Below, one piece after another: positions 38,803 through 52,215 of a DNA stretch of 64,000 nt; position 1 is the stretch's first letter; every line of letters starts with the position of its first letter. Below the pieces are notes generated by a model. That model saw only the letters and a list, made by a program, of their open reading frames with translations. It was not told the DNA's origin and did no database searches. Origin of the DNA: Selaginella moellendorffii (lineage: Eukaryota; Plantae; Lycopodiophyta). The stretch spans positions 315,175 to 379,174 of the forward strand of contig NW_003314393.1 in NCBI RefSeq assembly GCF_000143415.4. Reading direction: 5' to 3'. Both the position numbers and the translations under genes were made by a program.

Positions 38803-41012
38803 TTAATGAATCTCACCTTGAACCCGGGTTATGAATGCTCTTGCTGCATCTCTTGCATGGTCTGGCAAGGTGATGGTGGCACTCTGCTTCCGCATCCAAC
38901 CATGCACAACATTATCCACCGATATGCTCATGCTGGGATCCCTTGGATTCAGCACCCATCTCTTTTCTAGGCAATCCTTCGTATATTCGGAACTTGGCTT
39001 GAACCACTCCACAGTTACATTGAAGGAGTTAGTTTCCGCGTCCTCCTTTGCATCAGTGATGCAGTGCCCCACCCATATCATTTGTTTTTTATTACTGGGT
39101 TTGACAAGCACGACCATTCCTTTGCAGACCTGTACTGGATTGAATGCTGAATCCGGCTTCTTGTTCCTCGGCCCACAATAGTGATCCTCAACATCGTTAT
39201 CTGTCACTGCATTTCCAGAGGACATTGTTCCGCTACTATCTGGTGCTCTGGGTTCTGGCCAAAAGGACTCTTCCAATTCTTCATATACAACTGGCCCATT
39301 TTGGATAGCAGATATAATCTTCTCCCAGTATTCGAGCAAAGGCTTGCACCTCTGAAAATAGGATTCTCCACCAAACACCAACCCCCTCTTCCAGAAGGCA
39401 ATATGCTATCTAATCCCGGCCACTATACTTTCCTGGTCTTTGAGTCCATCCGGGTGCATCGGCCGTGGGGAACCCTGAGGAATCATAGGTTCCCCAGTTA
39501 TGGGATCTCTCTTGAAGAGTTCAATGCCGTCCACTGGCAGCCACACTGTGTCCCATTCTCTCATCTTGTACCTCATCACTGGAGCACCGTCACGCATGCT
39601 GAAATGAAACTGAAGAGGCTTGGAGTGGCCAATCAGCGTTTCGGATCCGTCCTTGATGTAGCCTCTTACAAACCCCTTAAAGTCTGGAACCTCTGTCAGA
39701 AGTGCAGCTTCAACAGTGCCTTTGATGCAATTTTGGAATTCATCGTAGAGTTGTGGGAGGGTGAGGACATTGGATCGCCGGAGGGACTCTGCCAGGTGAC
39801 TGAACATAGCATCGACGTCTTCATGAGTGTGCCCAACCATGAGAAAGCCAAGTGTAACCGTTTCAAATATGCCTTTGGCAACAAGCATCGCCAAGTACGC
39901 GAAGACGTACATGTTTTTGTTCTCACTGCCAGCATTGTCTGTTTGGAGCAGAAGATGAGGTGGAAGGCCACATCGGCTGCAAGAACTTCCTTGAGATTTT
40001 GCTTCGTTTGGATGAGGCTGTGCATTCACCGGGCGACCAGCCTCGTCGGAATGGCATGAGGCCTCACGTGATAACCCTACAATCTGACGGCCAACATATT
40101 CACTGGGATGGCATGGGGCCCCACGCGATACTGCAAGCCTTTGCTCCTCCTCCAGCTGAACCCTGTATGGGGTTTGATCGACAAGGGCCTTATGCAAGGG
40201 TTGGCCGTTCAGCTCAGTCTGCGCACTTTGCAGAGACCTTAAGTGTTTTGCTAGGGACGCAATCATCATGTTTGCACCCCCGCCACCCCATAGAGGTACA
40301 AAGAAGTTCCCATAGTTCTGGGCACCATGCCCATGAGCGATTATGCCAAACAAAGACACAGGCAGCTGCATGGATGAAGAGATTGCCTTGGGGGCAGGAT
40401 TGAGTCGAGGTAAGCACGTCTTTTTCTGGTCCATTTTGTCGTGGATGATGCAGAGGTAAGAGTCAGGTCTCTCCATGGAGAGAATCCTGTTATGATAATA
40501 TGCAATCCTGCAGCTTCTTTGCTCGATGTTGTGGTCGAGCCGCCTTCTAACCAACGTCTCTCGCTCTTGAGCACTGCAAGAATTCTTCGACAAAGCCATT
40601 TTGATAGTAGTGCACTCGTCACACTTTGAAAAGCTGGAGTACTTTCCTATACTCACATCCCTGAACCTATTGCTCCACAATCTACTAAATCTAGATTGGC
40701 TCAGCTTCCTGTAGCCATTACTCTGGAGTTCCCGATTCACATCTTCCAATATGGCCCCCTTGGTATACATGGAAGGGAGAACTCGTTGGGTGTCTCGTGT
40801 TCCATCTTCCAAGAGGCGGGTTTTATGTGGTTGCTGCTCGCTACATGTCTTGACAAACCTCTTGAAGATTGCCTCTCCATATACAACATGACCCCTGGTT
40901 TTGTGAGTACCGTCGTTCCCATGGACTGCCTGTTGAACCCTTTGTTCCTCGAACTCAGTTTTGATTCTGTAGAATGTGGTTTGAGGGACTCCATAAATGA
41001 TTCTCCATGGGG
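38803..41012 (-). pseudogene. Sola-like DDD transposase, 5'-truncated, with an in-frame TAG at 39406-39408
   Basis: WRIIYGVPQTTFYR...HGN, FSKCDEC, IIHDKMDQKKT, QTDNAGSENKN, FLMVGHTHEDVDAMF; ORFs 39406-40812 and 38803-39381 are in the same frame. Confidence 0.8.
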
Positions 41013-42150
41013 TTTAAATCCTGATAGTGTGGAGAGTGATGAAATTCCAAGATTATTGTATAGGCGTTGGAGGCAAAAAATAACAGTCTGAGATGGCATG
41101 TATTTATTTAAAAATGTAACTTATTATGGCATGGGGTTCCATGCCATTGTATTAATATTAAAAGACAATTCTTTGAGAGGATTTGCATTATACTAGAAGT
41201 GTTACAGCATGTTATTGGAAGTTTACGAAGTTGTTTTATTAATAAGGGGAAAGTAAAGATTGAATGGGGACTTGGGCTCCACCTAGACTCGGAGCAACTG
41301 AGCCAATATTAAAAGGATGGAAAGAAATTGGACGACGATAACAAGGAGAAGAGAGAGGTGAAGCAGTGGCAGGGGGAGGAGAAGTGATTGAGTAGACATT
41401 TCCTTGTTTAAAATAAAATGGCATGTGCCTCAATGCAGTTGAATTTTGTTATATTTATATACTATATAAAGGTTTGGAAACCTTATTTTACAAGTGGGAT
41501 AATGACAATTCCCACTTTAACGAAATAGAGCTTCTAGGGTTTTTGGGTTAATTAATATGCACATTTTCTGTATTTCTTTTTCATATTCCATGCACTCACA
41601 TTGGTGGAGATAAGGGGCATCTTTGATTGTCCCTAAGGAGTGCTTGGATTTGGGATTTTGGTTTAGATCTAGTTTTTTGCATTGTCTAGATCTACCATTT
41701 CCTTCTAGCTTTTTGTCATTTCTCTTCTTTTGCTCTTTCTTTTTTATTCATCTTCATGGCAGATCACCAATCTCCTCCTTTGACTCTGGAGTAGTAGTTG
41801 GTATAATTTCTTGATGCTATGTGCTTGCAATTGAACAACCAAACTCAGTTGATAATGGCATTCATGGCACGTGGTATAACTCCTACTGCTGGTGCCAATC
41901 CATTAAACATCAAGTACAATAACCACTGATGGCATAGAATCCTTGTCTAGAAAGTTCACTGATGTTGGAATAAGAAGCTTGTTAGGACTAGGAAAAGAGA
42001 AAAAAAAGGGAGAGGAGCTAAAGAAAGAGTGTTAGCATTAGCCATAAAACTCTCCGGGCAATGAACAACCTTGAAATCATATATTTGAAGCTTTAAAATC
42101 TATCAAACAATACGATTAATCAAATTTTTCCACTTTAATAATGAAGTAAG

Positions 42151-43142
42151 TGTAACATATGTAGTTTTCACTCTTTTCTTTATAGTGATTAACCATAAGA
42201 TAACCATGATGTGGAACTATATGCCATATGTCACATGCCACATGTCCAAAGATAACAAAGCAAAACCTGAGTTTTAAGGCCTTGGGCCACTAAATGAATG
42301 AACAAAGCTAAACTCCTAAGCATGGAGCCAAAAAGCGAAGGTACTAGTGACTCCTGAGTGTACAACCCAAGGAACGAAGGGACAAGAGCATGGAACACCT
42401 TAGAATAGTTCTAAAGCATCTAACATCCTAATGCCAAGACCAGCACACCAAACGGAGCTAAACAGAGTTTAGCATTATTTCAACATACTAATGGCCTAAT
42501 GTGAGGATATAGGTGCTCCACTAGCTAACATGGCATGGAACTTGGGCTTAGACCCAAGCTAGACATAGAACAAGAACAAGCATACAAGCGAGAGCTAGAC
42601 TGTGCCTCAGGTTAATTGGTCATGCCCAATTTACACACTACCCCTACTATACATTTTTAGAACCCCCATAGGCCGCCCTATGAGGAATGCACGCTTTGGG
42701 CTTTCACCCTTAGCCATCCTTAGTACCAAGAGTTAAAATCTGGGACTAACTCATAACTTACTAAATATGGAATAGCGCTAGATTGCAAACTAACACAAGG
42801 TGCATGATAGCGAAAGTGTTTAGCAAACACGGTAAGCTATCATTTAGCAATATTAAGGGACTAATCTCAACACGCAAAGGTTTTTGTCAAGCCAATGTAA
42901 GACAGAACAAAAGAGAATTAAAAGCCAAGTTGAGTATGCTCAACAAGAAACATATAGGGGTTCCTACCTTATATCCATTTTGCTAAATACAAATGCTAAG
43001 TAAAGTTTATTAACACTTGAACAAAAGGGATTGATAAAGGGTCTAGCAATACCAACCTCCTACTATCATGACAATAAGGAAAGAATATCTAAAAGGACTA
43101 GCTAACAGGTAACTTTTGATACATGCAATCATATTCGCAAAA
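42151..43142 (-). repeat. Older solo LTR of the LARD family
   Basis: Diverged reverse complement of 5183-6327; flanks GTAAG / GTAAA resemble a decayed TSD. Confidence 0.75.
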
Positions 43143-43849
43143 AGTAAATGTAGCATGACCACTTTTTAATAATGTTCAAGACCTATACAAATATGCATGA
43201 AGCTTCTCAAAACCCAAAACAGCTATGAAATACTCCTCTCTTATGGAGTAGTTCAAATCTATTTGTTATAATGTATGGCTAATGTATGCAATGTTGTGCT
43301 TTTTTGCTTCAAACATCCCCAAGACTGATATAAAAAGCATCTATACACAAAATAAAAAGTAGAGTGTAGTCAAGATATGCCAAAATTGGAAGAATTATTA
43401 ATAACACTTTAGGATCCAAAATACCCATTTGCAATCCTTAGAATAGATGAAAGATAATGTTGATGACTTCAACAATATTCACAATGGTGGAGTATGATTA
43501 AAAAAATGATCCACAAATTGATTGAGATACTACTTACACTTTGTCTAGAAATGTTGTACATTATTCGTACACTTTGGAGTAGGAAACTTCAGAATAACTA
43601 TAAATTTATCAAGATCAACTTGCAAATCTTTACCAAAAATATAGTACTTAAGATAAATTGTATCCTTTGACTACTTCAACTTTAAACAAACTTCCCACTA
43701 CCAATCCAACACTTTGTATCACAGACATACTCCTCCCATGTCCCCTTCAAGTGGACCAAGATATTATCAATGAAGTTAATAGTCACTTTCAACATATCAT
43801 AAAAAACTTTATCCATCATTTATTGGAAAATTGTTAGAGCATTATTCAA

Positions 43850-46800
43850 ACCAAACACATCACTAAGAACTTGTATAAACAAAATGGTGTACTAAAAGTA
43901 ATTTTGAGAACAGATTTATGATAATCTTGTTGTAACACGACATTAATAGCATAGCTAGATGCATCACAATGCACTTCGAAGGGTTTATCAAGATCTGAGA
44001 TTTTGAGAATAAGAACTGTAGTCAAGATCTCCTTCAACTATACAAAACCATGTTGACAAGCTGGTGTCCAATGAAACGGTATTTTACTCTTTGTTAACTC
44101 AGTCAACGGAAGAGCAATTCTTGCAAAATTGCAGACAAACTTGAGATAGTATCCTGCCAAACCAAGAAAGGAATGAATATCTGATATAGTGGTCAGAACA
44201 TCCCAAGCCATCACCCTTCCACCTTCTTTGGATCCACCTGAATTACGCCACCACCAACTATATATTCAAGAAAGTTCATGCGTAATTGTCCAAAAGCACA
44301 TTTATTTTCCTTAGCATATAATTTGTGTTCACGCAACTTTTGAAACACCAGCTCCAAGTGTTTCAAATGATCCTTCAACATTTCATTAAAGACTAAAATA
44401 TTGTTGATATATAGAAAAACAAATGTGTCAAAATAATCTCAAAATATTATATCCATCATTGTGTTGAACGTTGTTGGAGCATTGTATAACCCAGATGGCA
44501 TGACAAGGAATTCATAAGATTTGTATCAAGTCTTAAAGGCTATCTTCTCCACATCTTGATCTACCACCCGTGTCTAATGATACCCAGACCGCAAATCAAG
44601 TCGCGTGAAATACTTAGCCTTTAAGAGTTGCTCAAACAAGTCATCAATGCGAAACAAAGGATAACTGTTTGTTACTGTGATCTTGTTGAGTGCCCGATAG
44701 TTGATACACATCCTCATAGTTCCATCTTTTTTCATAACAAAAAGGATTGACGCTCTATAAGGTGACTTGCTTAGTCAGATATGACCTTTGTCAAAAAGCT
44801 CTGTGAGTTGTTTCTTGAGTTCAACCATCTCCTTGATGTTTAAATAATATGGATCTTTTGTAGGCAGTTTAGAACCCAGAATGACCTCAATTTGATGATC
44901 AACCTCACGGCTAAGAGGTAGCCCTGGTGGCAAATCCTTTAAAAAGATATCCTAATTCTTCGCTAACAACTCCAATATTTTCTTTGGTACAGGATCAACT
45001 CTATCACTAATTCAAATTGAGTCACCAACACCCTTAACTTCCATCACTTGAACCCAAAAGGTCCAATATCCCTTTTTAACTATTTTTTGAGCAACTCTCG
45101 CAATTAAGAACTTAGCATCTCAATCCTTTGAGGAGTGCTTTTGCAACTGGAAGGACACATCGGGACATCCTTCTGACTTTAATGTGATATGACTTTGTCC
45201 AGCACCATAAATCCCTTTAATATATTTGTTGAAGAAATCCATACCAAACACCATCTAAAAATCTGGTATCTTCAACACTACCAAGCCCACTCTTTCTTTT
45301 CACTTGGATATTTTTATTGGAACATCATTCAAAAATTTTCTAGCTACTGGCCCACCTTTTGCAAATTGAAAGTGTATGGGCGATATTTGCTCCACATTCA
45401 ATCCTAAGAATTTAACCAAGTCTTTGGATATCACACTATGCGTAGCTCTCATGTCAATTATCACTAAAATTCGGTGTTTGCAGACAAAGCCTACCAAATA
45501 CATCAAAGGATCAGTGTTTGCATTGATAGTGAGAAAAGCTTCAAGAAAGTAACGAAAGTAACTCACCTCCTCTTCCTCATAGTTTGCATTGACCAACTCG
45601 TCAACCCCTTCAGCTTCACCACCACCGTCTTCCTTTATGATATTAACATGAGATCTTGTCTTATGCTTGTTGGGAAATTCCAAGGATCTATGTCCTAACT
45701 GTAAGCGACTAAATTTTCCATTTTACTTTAGTCACTTAACCACACCTCCAACCTCTTGGAGGAGTCTCATTCACAACCTCCATAAGTCTAATTCAGGACT
45801 TGGGACTTGCTAGCCCCGAGAATGGCATCCATGCCACTCAACATTTGCACTTGGTCCAAGTGCTCCACGTGTCCGATCCCATGACCGACACTCAAAGGTA
45901 CCACTGACATGGCAACTTGTTACGCTAAGGCCATGCCCCATCACCTTTGCCACATTGGTAGTCCAATACCACTTGCATCACAGTCTTGGCTCTCCAAGAC
46001 TAGGCAAACCATCCGTGAGTGGTCATCTCAGATCCACTCCTTAGCATCCTTAGGATGCCCACCGACAAGGGGAATAGCCTTCCCCAATATCCCTCTGTCA
46101 GTCCCCACTAAGTCCCTTTCTGCCCTTGGCCGTGTTTGCCAACACTACCACTGGATCGAGGCTCACAGGCCCGACCACTAAGTCCCACGGTCCTCTGGGA
46201 CTTCCTCACCACACGACTGCGTCCTTGGTCATTGCCCCAGAGGACTGCTCCTCTTCCTTTCCACAATCTGGGCCTTTGGGACAACATTTCGGAACACCAT
46301 GGCCTTATGCGAGCCACCTGGGTACTCTCCCTGCCTTCCGCCCTTGGGTGCTCTAGCCATGGGCTTAGAGCGAGGTTCCGTTGAGCCACGCCTGGTATCC
46401 AAGTAGGTAGTGCCACCCACACTTGGACTGGGAGCATCGGCCAGTCGATCTCCTGGGGGAACTAGAGCCGGCTCTTGAACACTTCACCAAGCTACCCCGC
46501 TTGTCGGTCCGTGTTCACTCTAGTGGTGGACTTCCCAGTGGTCAGCTCATCACCCAACACTGGGTCTGGCCTTCCTGGGCCAAACTGGCTCCACTGGGCT
46601 CCAACCCCACACTCTCCCTATACTTTTGGAACCCCCCCCCCCCGGGGGACGATCGCTTTGGGCTTTCACCCAACTGCCTGTATTAGTATTCGGACTCGGA
46701 CTCGGGCTCGAACTCGGACTCGGACTCGGTCTCGGTCCCAGTTTCAGACTCGGACTCGGTCTCGGTCTCGGCTTCGACCTTGGTCTCGGTCTCGGTCTCG

Positions 46801-49320
46801 GGTCCATCTCGGACTCCATCTCAGATCCATCTCGGACTCCATCTCGGGTCCATCTCGGGTCCATCTCGGACTCCATCTCGGACTCCATCTCGGGTCCATC
46901 TCGGGTCCATCTCAGACTCCATCTCGGACTCCATCTCGGGTCCATCTCGGACTCCATCTCGGGTCCATCTCGGACTCCAAATCGGGTCCATCTCGGACTC
47001 CATCTCGAGTCCATCTCGAACTCCATCTCGGACTCCATCTCAGGTCCATCTCGAGTCCACCTCGGACTCCACTTCGGACTCCAACTCGGACTCCGCTTCG
47101 GACTCCAACTCGGACTCCACCTCGGACTCCATCTCGGGTCCTTCTCGGACTCCAGTTCAGACTCCAACTCGGGTCCATCTCGAGTCCATCTCGGACACTT
47201 TCACGTGTCATGTGTTGGTCCTTTTGGGTTCCTTTTTGGAGCCTCGCTTATTGCTCGCTTCGTGCTCATTCCTCGAGTACTTCGTTAGGAGTTCCACTCC
47301 CACTCTCGACCTTTCAAGTCGGAGCTTTTGGCCCAAACGTGTTACACTCGTTTGGCTTTCGCTTCGGCCACTACCACGTGGCACCCTTCCGGCTCCACTT
47401 TGGAGCCTAGGGATTTTGTGTCTCACACTAACTCTCCACAATGGAAGCAATGACCCACACTACATGTTCCACTAAAAGCAGGTTTTGCAAATTGCTACTA
47501 CTTGTACCCACCAAGAGGAGGAACAGAGGGCTTAGAACAAGAAGAAGCTACCACCACCTTTGTTAACCATTGCTTGTGAGCCTCTAGGGCAGAACCTTCT
47601 TTCCACCCTCTGTTTATTCCCCTTGTTTATCATCACCTTGTTTATTCCCAAAATTCTTATTCTTGTCTGAGGTACCAGCATACGTCTGTTGATATTGTTC
47701 CATGAGCAAGTGACTAAAGGCAATTTATTGTGCTGCCTCCTTACACTCCAGGTATGTCTTTGGATTAAACTTCAAAGTCTCATTGCAAGAAAGTGAACTT
47801 AAACCCTCCAGGAAATAATATTGAGCATTTTTGTCACTTATATTGGCAATTTTAATGCACTTTTGAGCAAATGCATTAACGTAATGCCATAAGGTCCCCT
47901 CACTGCTTTAACCACTACAGCTTGGCGCAAAGTCTTAGACCAAAATCATCTGACAAGGATTCCTTATGGATAGGAGACCTCATCTCGGTCCAACTTCTAG
48001 TTTGCCCTTTTTCAGCACACATCTGGTGCCACCAAGTTTTGGCATGATAAGTGAGAAAAGACTGCATGCACACAACTTTCATACGATCATCTATGTTTGC
48101 CGCTATGAAATAATTTTCCATATCGTACACCTAGTCTTCTAAAACTTGATAGTCCTGCATGCCTCTGAAATTGAGTGGTTTTAGAAGCTTGACCTTTGAA
48201 ACTTGTGCAACCGGGGGCAGTTGCAAAACTTCATGGTCTTCAAAACTTGAAAAGGAGTTTGGTTGCTTAGGTTTAGTTGGTTTAGCTACCTCAACTTCTT
48301 TTTTCCTTTTTTTGTTCTCCTTCTTCAATTTGTGAATTTCCCTTTGCAAATTCTCAATCTCAACTTCCTAAGCCATACGCTGAAGTGCTGCAGCATCTAG
48401 CTCTTCCCCTTTTGACTCAGCTTTAGTCTCTTTCGCAACATCTCCAATAGGAGTTCTCCTCTCGATTCACCCATCTAAATGTTTCAGCATCATCAGTATG
48501 GTTCCTTTTCACCATCCTGCGAGCTATATACATGCCTCTATCAGTAACTAAACATGCATACAACATTCTTACTGAATGGCGCAATCCAACTAATCCTTCA
48601 CAAGTCACTTCAGATCTACTAGAAAAGTCTCTACATATGCAACTTGAGTTAGAAAATCCAACAAAAGTTGAATAGGAATCGCTGAGACAGTTCCTCTGAT
48701 ACCAAATGTAGTGCACTTGAATTTGGAGCTAAAATCCAAGCCTGTTGCACTACGAAATGCGGGTCTGGTACAATCCCACAAGCACCAGCTCCCTGTATCC
48801 AACACCTACATGCAAAATGGTGTCAGACGGTATCTAGCACAATTTTGGCATACTGGTGGCTTAACGCAAGGAAGAGGGTACCACTAACTAGAGCAGCATG
48901 GAGCTTGGGCTTAGACCCAAACCGAACACAGAATAAAGAACGACATAACCCAACGGAAGCCAAACTAATGTCTCAAGTGGTCGGACATGCATTCTAACCA
49001 TTATCCCTACTATACATTTAGAACGCCCCATATCCCCCCCCCCCCCCCCCCCCCCCCCCCAAGCCTCCCCTAGTACCAATAATTAGTCTCTGGGACAAGC
49101 TTAAAACTTACTAAATATGGAATGTCTCTATATTACAAATTTTGACACGGGATGAACACTATTGTGTTCAATACAATCTCTACATTCTGTAAATGTGCCA
49201 AATAAGCAAATCTAGACGCTTTCCACAAATAGTATTTAGGACCAAAATGAGACTAGCACAAAGGGCATGATAGTGAAGGTGTTTGGTAGACATGGTAAGC
49301 TATTATGTAGCGATATTAAA
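43850..49320 (-). mobile_element. Decayed Ty3/gypsy element (gag, PR, RT, start of RNaseH) with PBS and partial 5' LTR 48707-~49320
   Basis: PFEVHCDASSYA, ILVIIDMRATHSVI and AKTWW remnants; rc PBS CTCTGATACCA at 48694-48704 next to TGTAGTGCAC. Confidence 0.85.
45700..47427. repeat. Solo LTR (1728 bp) inserted into the gypsy element, with an internal 6/12-bp tandem array at ~46690-47195
   Basis: TG...CA ends; TSD CTAAC at 45695-45699 and 47428-47432; GGACTCCATCTC/GGGTCCATCTC repeats. Confidence 0.9.
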
Positions 49321-49324
49321 GGTT

Positions 49325-49993
49325 TCTTATCCACAACATGAGACTCCTCAAGCCAATTCCACCATCAAAGACCCGCATCACGCAAAACTATTGGAATAAC
49401 CACTAAAGCCTCTACATCTAAAGTTCCCCTAGTAGCCAAGAACTTCTTCACATTGGCTAGCTAAACGAGACACTTGTCCACACCATTATTATTGGAAAAG
49501 GTTGGAATCTTGAGTTGATCTACTAAAGAAGGCTTACTTGGAGCGCTACCATGTCCAGCCTCAACTGCCTCAACACGCCCACACACATATGGTATCCATC
49601 ATGCTATGCATCTTGTCTTGCATCTCTTGCTGATTTAAATTAAGGGCTCATAGCTCATGAATCAGAATGGTCTAAATCTCTGCAGCTCTATCTGCACCAT
49701 CGTTGACACCACCATTGACAATAGGATTCCAGCGTTCAGCTTGGTCGGCCATCGCAACCAACTCCTCTGATACCAATGTTATGATTCGGTGCATAAAGAC
49801 AGAGATTTAGCCACCCTAGACTATGCTACACCACCTCTTGAGGTTCCTCACCACCCAACCACCCCCGAGCTACCTCAAAAGCTCCACTACGCTGCCATTC
49901 CACCGTGAGCCCTAAGGTAGGATATGTCCCTTACCCTAACATGCCTTAATATCTCCCTTTGACTGACCACGTGGTCAAAGCTGGCACGTAACA
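49325..49993 (-). mobile_element. 5' end of an LTR element with a short LTR (49777-49993) and PBS
   Basis: rc PBS CTCTGATACCA immediately before TGTTATG...GTAACA; LTR family shared with 19672-19903. Confidence 0.7.
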
Positions 49994-50209
49994 AAGACTT
50001 ATTACCATAGAGAAGCTTGGAATTAGCAATCTTGAAAGCCTGTGGGCATAAGTATCAAGCATACCAAGCTTTATGAGCCTTGAAGTTGCAACCTCTATTT
50101 ATGTCAGCTTCTTGCCAACCTGATGCACTCTGCATTCATCACCAGCCATCTCAATCAGGATGGCGTAGTGACTCCACAAAGATGTGAGGACCAATTTCCA
50201 AGCCTGCTG

Positions 50210-50525
50210 GATTTCTAGGTTTCTTCCAGGTTTGCAATTCAACAACCTTAGATGTGCATGTCTAAAAGATGATTTGAGCTTGGAAATTCTAAATCTGGAA
50301 TTCAGCTATGGCTATAGTTAAATTGCACTACAACCTATAGAAAGAATGCGTATAATGTAAATCGGTATGGTGTCCTTAAAAAATGAAAAACCACTTACTT
50401 GTGATAGGCTCCCATAATTGACCAGCCTAAAACTCATTCCATATAGTTAAAATGGATCTAGGAATTAGTTAAGTCCCCATCTCCATCCATATCCATTCGC
50501 TATACAAAGTCCATACTAGAAGCAG
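50210..50525 (-). pseudogene. Decayed fragment of the Mutator-like transposase gene (third family copy)
   Basis: Reverse complement of ~29245-29575, including intron 2. Confidence 0.8.
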
Positions 50526-51469
50526 TTTACAGTGGTGAGCAGGGGAATGGTTTACCTTTGACTCTTTTAAAGGTTGGTATAGGAAGAGCCTTCGGGAAGA
50601 AACTTGTGATTGACAAGCCTCTTATGTTTGTGGGGATGCATAGTTACTTTTTGGACAAAATGAAGATCGCTTGAAGTATTATTAGGTGCCAGCTTTAACC
50701 ACATGGTCAATGTCAGTCAAAAGGAGGCTCTTGGGTATAAGGGACTTAACCTACCCTGAGGCTTATAGTGGAGCAATGGCACAGTGGAGCTTTTGAGGTA
50801 ACTCAAGGGTGGTTGGGTGGTGAGGAACCTCAAGAGGTGGCATAGCATAGTCTAGGGAAATTATATCTCTGTCTTTTTGTGCCAGATTATCAAAATCTTC
50901 AATCTCTTCAATCCCTGAATATTGACCTAACCTCCTAGTGATTCATCCTTGAGGTAAAGAGGTTCAGGAGAACCTGTTATAACACTCATGTTCTTTTAGT
51001 TCTAGACTAGAAAAGAAAATCACTATACCTAAAATTCTTCAATAACTTGGCTGAATTTAGAGTGCACTTCCACAATTGCATTATTGTCATCTATATGGAA
51101 GATTAGGGAGGTCATGACTAGCTCACTCTTTTCACTCCAGATGTATTCTAGCTCTTGAAGCAATGCTGATTTGCCACACTTCTTTGGGCTGGCCATTAGC
51201 ATAATACAGGAGGGTTCCCTCCCCTAGAAATGCCATCATTGTCAACGTTTTGACTTCTATTTAACACATAAGAAGAATAACTTTGCTAAATAGTATGGAA
51301 AAGAGGATAGTGATGGAGAAAATTGTTACGAAGAATTATGAGAAATGAAAAGTGTTGCTTTGCTGTTTCTCTCTATTTGTCCTCTTGCCTTTAGCATTTA
51401 TAGATAGATTAAAGAAACACATAGTCTTCAGAATAAAGTTTATTTTCTTGTGGTTCCAACCATTCCATA

Positions 51470-51829
51470 TCAGGGTAGAAGATAACCTGAAGAGACAATA
51501 AGCTGTGAATTTGAAACAAGAAGAAGAAATTGAAGTGCCTTACTTCCACACTGATACTGATGGGGAAGAGTTCGATGACATATTTTAGCAATGGTTAGAA
51601 TTGAACTCAAGCTGATATACTTCGTGACATCTGAAGTAATTCTTGGGCACACACACTCAAGAGTGATCTTCCTCATAAAGCTACAACAGGCTGGAGAGGG
51701 ATTTGTGCTTTTGCAATTGCTGAGAATTCCATTGATGTTGTTGTCACATGTTGTATCAGCTTCAGAGAAGTTAAAGAAGGAAGCACTTGCTACAAGCAGT
51801 AACACTACAAATGTTTTCATCACTGCCAT
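51470..51829 (-). CDS. Non-specific lipid-transfer protein / 8-Cys prolamin-fold secreted protein (~100 aa)
   Basis: Signal peptide; C-C-CC-CxC-C-C motif; exons 51829-51544 and 51486-51470 (57-bp intron just after the last Cys, giving ...CGSYLLP*); TATA box ~51861-51868. Confidence 0.9.
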   Translation of the reverse strand: MAVMKTFVVLLLVASASFFNFSEADTTCDNNINGILSNCKSTNPSPACCSFMRKITLECVCPRITSDVTKYISLSSILTIAKICHRTLPHQYQCGSKALQFLLLVSNSQLIVSSGYLLP

Positions 51830-52215
51830 TCATCAATGCCTTAGATGCTGTATATGGTTCTTATATAGTGGAGATCTGTTTGATGAACACTATGAATGAA
51901 AGTATCTGATCCCACAACCAACAAACAACAAGTTCTAATATTGACTGGCAAACAGACCGTGGTGTCAAACACGGCATGGTTGCCAGTCAGCACGGCAGCA
52001 TAGTCAGCACGGCATGCTTGCCAGTCAAGATTAAAACTTGTAGTTGCATGACTTTGACCACAGACCATGACTCTCGTATGTGACTTTTGTTGACTTTATT
52101 TGAAAAATATACTCTTTGAGCATGGCAGTTGATAAAACCACGTCTTTCTGGGGTGATGCCGCATTCAAGATTGAAATTCCGGTGATGTTCAAATTTCTAG
52201 TTTCACAAGAAGAAA

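Larger units (their letters stand above)
36784..41533 (-). mobile_element. Sola-like TIR DNA transposon (~4.75 kb)
   Basis: TIR AAGCTCTATTTCGTTAAAGTGGGA at both ends, flanked by CTAG (4-bp TSD, or TA if the termini are GAAG...CTTC); an empty-site paralogue AAGCTAGGGTTTT lies at ~56816. Confidence 0.85.

Noticed and set aside
39181-40059. 292-aa plus-strand ORF
   Set aside because: Antisense shadow of the Sola-like transposase with no recognisable motifs.
46475-47475. Several 200-310 aa ORFs on both strands
   Set aside because: By-products of a stop-free 6/12-bp tandem array within a solo LTR.
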